A DNA stretch of 31,305 nt from Chromatiales bacterium (GTDB lineage: Bacteria > Pseudomonadota > Gammaproteobacteria > Chromatiales > Chromatiaceae): NCBI GenBank assembly GCA_050116235.1, contig JASFPB010000001.1, positions 1 through 31,305 on the forward strand, given 5' to 3'. Shown piece by piece: positions 19,235-28,809 of the stretch; the first letter of the stretch is position 1, and the number at the start of each line of letters is the position of its first letter. The notes below the pieces were generated by a model that searched no databases, was not told where the DNA came from, and saw only the letters and a program-made list of their open reading frames with translations. A program made the position numbers and the translations under genes.

Positions 19235-20110
19235 ATGACAAAAAAACAGGAAGCGAAGAACAAGTCAGAGAAGAACAGCATGACCATTGGCCCTTCAATC
19301 CAGATTGATGAAGAGGACGAGGGACCAAAGACGAAGAAAATCAGTAAAGACGACTATTTCAATGCGCTCGGCAAGCTCCAGATCGAACTCGTGAAACTGC
19401 AGGAGTGGGTCAAGGCGAAAGGGCTCAAGGTTGTCGTCCTCTTCGAGGGGCGCGATGCTGCCGGCAAGGGCGGCAGCATCAAGCGCATCACCGAACCGCT
19501 CAATCCGCGTATCTGCCGCGTCATCGCATTACCCGCACCGACCGAGCGCGAGAAGACCCAGTGGTATTTCCAGCGCTACATCGAGCACCTGCCAGCTGCC
19601 GGTGAAATCGTACTGCTGGATCGCAGCTGGTACAACCGTGCAGGTGTCGAGCGTGTCATGGGCTTCTGTACCGAGGACGAATACTGGGAATTCATGCGCA
19701 CCTGCCCCGAGTTCGAGCGTATGCTCGTACGTTCCGGCATCATCCTTATCAAATACTGGTTCTCGGTCAGTGACGAAGAGCAGGAGCGCCGTTTCCAGAA
19801 GCGGGTCGATCGTCCGGAAAAACGCTGGAAACTGAGTCCGATGGATCTCGAGTCTCGCAAGCGCTGGGTCGAGTACTCGAAAGCGAAGGACGTGATGTTT
19901 GCGCATACCGACATCAAGCAGGCGCCCTGGTACGTGGTTGATGGTGACAACAAGAAACGCGCGCGCCTCAATGTCATTTCCCACCTGCTGAGCCTGATTC
20001 CCTACGAGGATCTGACACCGCCACCGATCAAGCTGCCCCCTCGCGAGGACAAGGCCGGTTACGTCAGACCACCGATCTCTGACCAGAACTTCGTCCCCGA
20101 AGTCTTCTGA
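19235..20110 (+). CDS. ppk2: Polyphosphate kinase 2 (class I-type)
   Basis: Walker A FEGRDAAGKGG, Walker B LLDRSWYNRAGVERVMGF, KYWFSVSDEEQ and WKLSPMD. ATG 19235 has a GAGGTGG RBS; the alternative start is 19181. Confidence 0.95.
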   Translation: MTKKQEAKNKSEKNSMTIGPSIQIDEEDEGPKTKKISKDDYFNALGKLQIELVKLQEWVKAKGLKVVVLFEGRDAAGKGGSIKRITEPLNPRICRVIALPAPTEREKTQWYFQRYIEHLPAAGEIVLLDRSWYNRAGVERVMGFCTEDEYWEFMRTCPEFERMLVRSGIILIKYWFSVSDEEQERRFQKRVDRPEKRWKLSPMDLESRKRWVEYSKAKDVMFAHTDIKQAPWYVVDGDNKKRARLNVISHLLSLIPYEDLTPPPIKLPPREDKAGYVRPPISDQNFVPEVF

Positions 20111-20120
20111 AAGACACCCG

Positions 20121-20151
20121 CAGTGCCGCGCCTGCAATAGCGCGGTGCCTG
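20121..20151 (+). terminator. Possible hairpin terminator after ppk2
   Basis: GC-rich stem (CCGCGC/GCGCGG extended by G-U pairs) 10 bp after the ppk2 stop, followed by a weak T-tract (TTTCATGTT). Confidence 0.3.
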
Positions 20152-20287
20152 TTTCATGTTCTGCAGGGAGCGGCTCGCTTTCATGGATTTTTCACAAAGC
20201 CGGCATCCAACCCCGCAGGTCACATGGCTATGGGATATACGGCAGTTGTAGTATTGGTGTGCACGTTCAACCAACAGAGAGCGACTC

Positions 20288-21229
20288 ATGACACATCCAC
20301 TCAAGGAACTTTACGACGCCGAACCGGAATCACCTCTCTACGTGGCCATCAACCGCGTACTCGTCGAGAACGACCCGAATCTCATGCGCATGATGAAGCA
20401 GGCCAGCTCGAAGATGTGTTTGGCCACAGCGCTGACGCCGGGATTCCGCGGCTTCGACCTCATGCGCCAGGTCGGAAGCTGCCCCATGGGCATGCGCTGG
20501 AGTGCAGCCTCCGACATGACCGGCTCACTGTCACATATCTGGATCGACCAGTTCACCTACTGGGAGAGTGTCGAAGCGCACGAGGATTTCCACGAGACTT
20601 TCGAGGACGTGGTTGTTGACGCCTGCGCAAAGTGCGGCGACGTGTTGCTGGACGGACCGGAAGAGCCAGTCTACCGCATTGTCACGAGCGACCTGCCCAA
20701 GCTTGTCTCCATGAACCAGATGATGCAGCTCAACCGGGAAGGGAAGGGCAGTGGCTATGCCGTCGACTCGGGCGAGACCGTGACCGTGCTTGCCACCCAT
20801 CATGTGCGCCCCGGCAAGGAGTCCGAATTCGAGGAGGCCGAACAGCAGACGATGGAGATGCTCAAGGAGACCGCCGGCGTCGTTGGCTACCAGATCCTGA
20901 AGCGCATCGGCGTCTCCACGCTCGGTAGTGGTCATGCGACCGTCGAGTCGATGATGGAAGAGCTCAAGGAGAGTTCCGGCAGCAAGCTCAAGCGCACTGC
21001 CGAGGTGTGGGAGGGCTACTCCCTGCCGGTCGAGTATCTCGTTATGGTCGAGTGGGAAAACCTGCGAGCGGCGCAGCGTGGTATGCCGCATGTCAATGTC
21101 AAACCGGAGATCCTCTTCGTGCACGGTCCGAAGGTGCTCAACAACCTCATCAGGTTGCCGACGCTGCGAATTTCCGAGTCGATGTTCACGGAACACACGT
21201 TCCGCGAGATCCTGCAGGGCAACGCTTGA
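20288..21229 (+). CDS. sor: Sulfur oxygenase reductase (SOR)
   Basis: Colinear with my recollection of Acidianus ambivalens SOR: YVAIN; KMC44LATALTPGFRGF (persulfide Cys31 equivalent); H98-EDF-H102 and GPEE126P (2-His-1-Glu Fe site, H86/H90/E114); C113-AK-C116 (C101/C104); HHVRPGKESEFE; ILKRIGVSTLGS; YLVMVEW; FREIL. Confidence 0.92.
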   Translation: MTHPLKELYDAEPESPLYVAINRVLVENDPNLMRMMKQASSKMCLATALTPGFRGFDLMRQVGSCPMGMRWSAASDMTGSLSHIWIDQFTYWESVEAHEDFHETFEDVVVDACAKCGDVLLDGPEEPVYRIVTSDLPKLVSMNQMMQLNREGKGSGYAVDSGETVTVLATHHVRPGKESEFEEAEQQTMEMLKETAGVVGYQILKRIGVSTLGSGHATVESMMEELKESSGSKLKRTAEVWEGYSLPVEYLVMVEWENLRAAQRGMPHVNVKPEILFVHGPKVLNNLIRLPTLRISESMFTEHTFREILQGNA

Positions 21230-21251
21230 GAGCCAGTCACGGGCATCCCGC

Positions 21252-21479
21252 TCAGTAGTGCGGTGGAACCTCGTGCCCGGGTGTTGCCGGCGATGGCAAC
21301 TGTTCGGCCATCGAATCGAGCCGGGCGACCATTTCTTGCAGCTGTCGCTGCAGCGCCTGGATCATCTCCTGCTGCACGTGAAAAACCTTGCTCAGGGTTT
21401 CAATCGTCGTCTCGTGGTCCATGACCAGTAGCTGCAGTTTCTCGATCTCTTCTTCCATCGGCAATTCATCTGGTGTCAT
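21252..21479 (-). CDS. slyX: SlyX family protein
   Basis: Short coiled coil (IEKLQ...HETTIETLSKVF..QQ..I..LQRQL) ending in EVPPHY, the SlyX C-terminal signature. Confidence 0.88.
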   Translation of the reverse strand: MTPDELPMEEEIEKLQLLVMDHETTIETLSKVFHVQQEMIQALQRQLQEMVARLDSMAEQLPSPATPGHEVPPHY

Positions 21480-21582
21480 TTATGCGTCATTCTAGCTACT
21501 TTGGTCTGCGTCTGCCGGGATTGGCGAGGGGAGGCGGATTTGCTAGCCTCTGGAGGATTCTTCAGTTCTAGTCTGGGATATT

Positions 21583-22011
21583 ATGGACCAGGAATACATG
21601 ACAGCTTTCAAAGGGCGTTTCACCTCGGCCATGCGCTGGCCCCAGCTGGATGCCTTGTGGCATGTGCTGCATCAACAGAACGACGGCGGGTGGTTCGTCT
21701 ATGCTGTCGGTGAGAAGCCGCCCGAAAAACCGGTCACTTCCGAACAGTTTAATCTCTTTCTGGGCAAGATCGACGAGCTGCTGCGACAGGAACACGATCA
21801 CGATTACTGCGGCATCGTCTACGCGGACAGTCTGTCCGAACCAACCATTATCAAGATCTACGACCCCAACAATCTTGGCGTCTCCTGTGGCTTCAGCGAC
21901 AATCCACCGCTGCCGGGCTGGATTCTCAGCAGGCTACAGCCAATCGATCTGCCTGAAGCGATGCAGCCGCCCAAAAACCGGCGTAGCTGGTGGCAAAAGC
22001 TCTTTCACTGA
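21583..22011 (+). CDS. Hypothetical protein with HDHDYC and YDPNNLGxSCG motifs
   Basis: 142-aa ORF with protein-like composition that fills the gap between slyX and the next gene, preceded by GGAGG/GGGA. I do not recognise a named family. Confidence 0.75.
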   Translation: MDQEYMTAFKGRFTSAMRWPQLDALWHVLHQQNDGGWFVYAVGEKPPEKPVTSEQFNLFLGKIDELLRQEHDHDYCGIVYADSLSEPTIIKIYDPNNLGVSCGFSDNPPLPGWILSRLQPIDLPEAMQPPKNRRSWWQKLFH

Positions 22012-22061
22012 TCCAGGTGAATCATTTCCTCGCAAACCATATGTATTCAGCCTGACAGCTG

Positions 22062-22090
22062 TGTTAAAATACCTAGCAATTTGATAGGTA
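22062..22090 (+). promoter_or_regulatory. Extended -10 promoter (TGTTAAAAT, 22062-22070) overlapped by inverted repeat TACCTA-N9-TAGGTA (22070-22090), a candidate operator
   Basis: Read directly from the sequence, 27 bp upstream of the Xre/MbcA-like ATG. Function is inferred. Confidence 0.5.
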
Positions 22091-22117
22091 ATTTAGTGCG
22101 CAGCACAGGAACTCCAG

Positions 22118-22543
22118 ATGTCAGAGCAACAGCAAACAGCCGCACAGCGCGAGGCCATGCAGCAGATTACACAATCCGTCATGAGCTTGCTGGATATGTG
22201 GAATCTGGAGACCGCCGAGATGCAGAGACTCTTGCAACTCCCGGACAACGTCCGTTCCAGGGCGTTTCACAAGTTCCGTGAGGGGCGTGACGTACTGCCT
22301 ACAGACAAAAGCGTCATGCGTCGTGCGACCTACCTGCTGCGGATCGCCGATGCACTCAGAACTGCCTATCCCTGTAATCCCCGTATGGCCAGCCACTGGA
22401 TTCGCACCCCGCACAGACGATTTGGTCGCCGAACCCCGCTCTCGATCATCCTCGCCGACGATACAGACAGCGGTATGATCGCTGTTCTCTCCGAACTCGA
22501 CTGCACCTTTTCCTGGGATTTGACTGGATCCAGCTGCTCCTGA
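22118..22543 (+). CDS. Xre/MbcA/ParS antitoxin-like protein (DUF2384-type C-terminal domain), orphan
   Basis: N-terminal helical HTH-like region (LLDMWNLETAEMQRLL), then RATYLLRIADALRTAYP and HWIRTPHRRFGRRTPL...GMIAVLSELD, matching the MbcA/ParS toxin-binding domain. No RES toxin gene is adjacent. Confidence 0.75.
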   Translation: MSEQQQTAAQREAMQQITQSVMSLLDMWNLETAEMQRLLQLPDNVRSRAFHKFREGRDVLPTDKSVMRRATYLLRIADALRTAYPCNPRMASHWIRTPHRRFGRRTPLSIILADDTDSGMIAVLSELDCTFSWDLTGSSCS

Positions 22544-22744
22544 ACCAGGCTCGATCAAACCCCTGCTTTTACACAAGCAGAAGGGAAGCCCGTGAATTAC
22601 GTGCTTTGATTCAACTTGCCTAGTAATTATTCTTAGATAGTTTGCTTAACTAACTGTTAAATAATAAGTTATTAATCTGTCTAAAAAATAGGCAACTTAA
22701 CAGAAGCGTAATAAAAACCTCCTTTCTCTATCCGCGTCGAGGAA

Positions 22745-22779
22745 TTCTCCACAAAGTTATCCACAAATTGTGTGGAAAA
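22745..22779. promoter_or_regulatory. Cluster of three DnaA boxes (DARS-like core)
   Basis: TTCTCCACA (22745-53, 1 mismatch), TTATCCACA (22757-65, perfect) and TGTGGAAAA (22771-79, TTTTCCACA on the minus strand), with 3-bp and 5-bp spacers, inside an AT-rich noncoding stretch. Confidence 0.8.
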
Positions 22780-22847
22780 CTCACGGTTATCGCCTCGTCA
22801 TCGTGGATTTGAAGCAACAGCATGAATTGTGACTTAACTATATCCTG

Positions 22848-22860
22848 TAAATAACTGATT
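22848..22860 (-). promoter_or_regulatory. IHF-binding site consensus
   Basis: The minus strand reads AATCAGTTATTTA, matching WATCARNNNNTTR. A one-mismatch copy (TAACAGTTAGTTA) lies at 22647-22659. Confidence 0.55.
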
Positions 22861-22903
22861 TTACGTCCGCATTATTATTAGCCTTTCCTGATGCGACAGG
22901 CTG

Positions 22904-22916
22904 TATAATCCGCGGC
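22904..22916 (+). promoter_or_regulatory. Sigma70 -10 element with GC-rich discriminator upstream of typA
   Basis: Perfect TATAAT at 22904-22909 followed by CCGCGGC, the pattern of stringently controlled promoters. No convincing -35 element. Confidence 0.5.
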
Positions 22917-22946
22917 TTGTATTATTACCCCAATCGGGACCATTTT

Positions 22947-26196
<3,250 letters not shown>

Positions 26197-26237
26197 CCAG
26201 AGATACAGGCCCCGGTAATCTGAAACACGGGCATCTG

Positions 26238-27704
26238 CTAGAGTGATTTCTCCCTGGCATGAAGGGAATCCGGCTTGTCCGCGTTCTCGGCACTGGCCGT
26301 CCTGAAACTCGTATGCCAGACCAGTAATTCATAGAAGTTGCGGATATTGTCGACGTAGACCACAGGTTCCCGGCCACGCGCGTAACCATGTTTCAGTGTC
26401 GTATGGTATTTAGTCTGTGCGAGCAAGGGCAGGTGTTCTCGTACATCCTGCCAGATGTTCGGATTACCCCCCAGTCGCCTGGTGAGAATTCTGGCATCCT
26501 CGAGGTGGCCAAAGCCGACGTTGTAGCCAGCGAGAATGAACCACTGGCGGTCAGGCATCTTCACCTCTTCCGAAATCTGCTCGTCGAGGAGCTTGAGGTA
26601 GCGCGTCGATCCGACGAGGCTCTGTTCCGGGTCGGTACGATCAGCGATATCGACTAGCCTGGCAGTGTCATTGGTGAGCATCATGAGGCCCTTGACACCT
26701 GTGGGCGAGACAGCCTCCGGGTTCCAGTGTGACTCCTGGTAGCCTATGGCGGCCAGCAGTCGCCAGTCATAGCCGCTGGTCCTGGAGACACGCCTGAACA
26801 GTGGCTCGAAGCGCGGCAGGCGTGATTCGACGTTTTTCCAGAAGGTGTGGGTATCGGCAAAGGTCAGCAAGTCAACATGCGCGTAGTAGCGCGTCAGGAC
26901 GGTATCGAGCTTGCCGTTCCTCCGAATGTGCTGGAAATACTCTCTGACCCTCTGATGCAGCGAAGTGTCCTTGTGTCTCGGCATGGCCCACTGCAGCGGT
27001 TGCGGCAGGCCGATATCGAAAGCCACGCGCAGATCCGGGTAGAAGCGCCGGTTGAAATCGACAACGTTGGAGTTGGCAATCGTGTACTTGATGGCCTTTT
27101 CCTGGAGCAGGTAGAGCAGTTGCTCGACGTCCATATCCGGTGAACTTTTCCAGCTGGCGAAGAGTTCACCCTTCTCGCCAAGCTGCTCCAGAAGCTCACC
27201 GTGATGACTCCCTTCGGCTATCTCGATTTCGTCGTCCCCGACCTCATAGAGGCTGGCAGGAACAGGAGAGCCTGCCCTGTAGACAAGTTGCCGGCTGATG
27301 TACTGGTAGACTGGGCCTGGTCTGATGCGCTGTGGCATTCCGTTCAGGACCATCCCGGGCGCAGCAAGATGGACCTTGCCATTTTCGACAGCGTTCATGA
27401 TCTCCGAATCGCGTTCGTAGATGACGAATTCGGCTTTGACACCAAGCGACTCCGCAAAGGCCGTTACAAGGTCATATTCGGGGCCGGTGGGGCCGTTCGG
27501 ACCCTCATACCAGGTCGTGGCGCTGTTGCGTGTTGCGACGAGAAGCACACCATCGCGCTTGATGCTCTCGACGGTGGTGAGCGGTTTGCCCCATTCCGTG
27601 TAGAGCAGTAAAAAGAGGAGAGTCGCCGGGACGAGTGCCGCCAGCGTCAAGGGCAAAAAAAGCAGCTTCCTGAAGAGGTTGGTACTCTGCCGCCGGAATC
27701 CCAT
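26238..27704 (-). CDS. mltF: Membrane-bound lytic murein transglycosylase F
   Basis: N-terminal TM helix, SBP domain (LLVATRNSATTWY, GPEYDLV..FA..LGV) and SLT domain with catalytic YQESHWNP, TGVKGLMMLT, AGYNVGFGHLEDAR and GYARGREPVVYVDNIR. Confidence 0.93.
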   Translation of the reverse strand: MGFRRQSTNLFRKLLFLPLTLAALVPATLLFLLLYTEWGKPLTTVESIKRDGVLLVATRNSATTWYEGPNGPTGPEYDLVTAFAESLGVKAEFVIYERDSEIMNAVENGKVHLAAPGMVLNGMPQRIRPGPVYQYISRQLVYRAGSPVPASLYEVGDDEIEIAEGSHHGELLEQLGEKGELFASWKSSPDMDVEQLLYLLQEKAIKYTIANSNVVDFNRRFYPDLRVAFDIGLPQPLQWAMPRHKDTSLHQRVREYFQHIRRNGKLDTVLTRYYAHVDLLTFADTHTFWKNVESRLPRFEPLFRRVSRTSGYDWRLLAAIGYQESHWNPEAVSPTGVKGLMMLTNDTARLVDIADRTDPEQSLVGSTRYLKLLDEQISEEVKMPDRQWFILAGYNVGFGHLEDARILTRRLGGNPNIWQDVREHLPLLAQTKYHTTLKHGYARGREPVVYVDNIRNFYELLVWHTSFRTASAENADKPDSLHAREKSL

Positions 27705-27891
27705 CGTCCCCGGTTGTCAATTTGATCGTGACCGATGATCATAGCTTTAGCCTGCAGTGAAGTACAGATGTCCGAATATCGCTACCGGATTTGGTTGTCG
27801 AGCGGAATTGATCGGGAAATCGGGCTGCACAAAGGGTACAATCGCCACCAACATAACGATAAAACAACAGGTTGCGTCTTTCTTCGCGCAC

Positions 27892-28809
27892 ATGATCGAA
27901 GTCGAGGGAATTTCAAGGCATTACGGCAGTCAACTGGCAGTCGATGATGTCTCTTTCAGTGTCGGAGCCGGCGAGATTGTCGGATTGCTCGGGCATAACG
28001 GCGCCGGAAAAAGCACCATCATGAAGATGCTGACCGGATTTCTCGAACCGGCATCCGGCCGGATCCGTGTCGGCGACCTCGATCTGCGCCAGCACCCCGT
28101 CCGGGCCAGAAGCCTGATTGGCTATCTGCCCGAGAATTGTCCGCTCTACCCTGAAATGCAGGTGATGGAGTATCTCTACTTTCAGGCCGCGCTAAAGGGT
28201 ATTCCGGAAATCCTGCGGCATCAGCAGGTTGCTCATGCCATCGGGGGGACGCAACTGCAGGAAAAAGCCACGAGCCTGATCGATACTCTGTCACGCGGAC
28301 AGCGCCAGCGCGTGGGTGTAGCCCAGGCACTGCTTGGCGATCCGGAAATTCTCATTCTCGACGAGCCGACAAATGGACTCGATCCGGCCCAGATCAGGCG
28401 GATGCGCCAGCTCATCAGGAATGCAGCAGAGAAAGCCACGGTACTGGTCTCGACCCATATTCTCCAGGAGGTGGAAGCCGTCTGTGACCGGGTTCTGATC
28501 CTGCAAGGCGGAAAGCTTGTCATCGACCGTTCGCTGGTTGAATTGCAGCGTGCCAGCCGACTGCGGGTTGTCGTAGAAGAACCGGGAGACATGGCGAGCG
28601 CACTGCTCGAGAGCATCGCACCTCTGGAGCCCGGGGATGGATGCTATCTTCTCGATTGCACAGGCGAGGACGTAACACAAACGGCGCGAGAGGTCAGCAG
28701 GCGTCTTGCGGAAGAGGGGATACTGCTCCTCGAATTGCGTCCATTGCGTGATTCACTCGAGTCACTGTTTCGTGATACGCAGGAATCGGGGGAGCACACG
28801 AATGCGTGA
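27892..28809 (+). CDS. ABC transporter ATP-binding protein, GldA-like
   Basis: MIEVEGISRHYG, Walker A GHNGAGKST, signature LSRGQRQRVG, Walker B LILDEPTNGLDP and H-loop STHIL. Start set at ATG 27892. Confidence 0.9.
   Translation: MIEVEGISRHYGSQLAVDDVSFSVGAGEIVGLLGHNGAGKSTIMKMLTGFLEPASGRIRVGDLDLRQHPVRARSLIGYLPENCPLYPEMQVMEYLYFQAALKGIPEILRHQQVAHAIGGTQLQEKATSLIDTLSRGQRQRVGVAQALLGDPEILILDEPTNGLDPAQIRRMRQLIRNAAEKATVLVSTHILQEVEAVCDRVLILQGGKLVIDRSLVELQRASRLRVVVEEPGDMASALLESIAPLEPGDGCYLLDCTGEDVTQTAREVSRRLAEEGILLLELRPLRDSLESLFRDTQESGEHTNA

Noticed and set aside
20254-20274. TTGGT-N11-ACCAA inverted repeat upstream of sor (LysR-like spacing)
   Set aside because: Arms of 5 bp are too short to distinguish from chance without comparative data.
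18210-22543. Accessory block as a mobile genomic island
   Set aside because: No integrase, transposase, tRNA target or flanking direct repeats were seen, and the composition of the coding sequences resembles the neighbouring genes.
21583-22543. Confident call of a toxin-antitoxin operon
   Set aside because: The upstream protein has no RES or other toxin motif I recognise, and a separate promoter-like element lies between the genes. It is kept only as an alternative hypothesis.
22561-22585. Hairpin CTGCTT/AAGCAG after the Xre-like gene as an intrinsic terminator
   Set aside because: The stem is short and there is no downstream U-tract.
22600-22900. AT-rich region with DnaA boxes as the chromosomal origin
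   Set aside because: Only three or four boxes, no GATC cluster, no clear 13-mer DUE repeats and no dnaA/dnaN/gidA neighbours. It is reported as DARS-like instead; GC skew would settle it.
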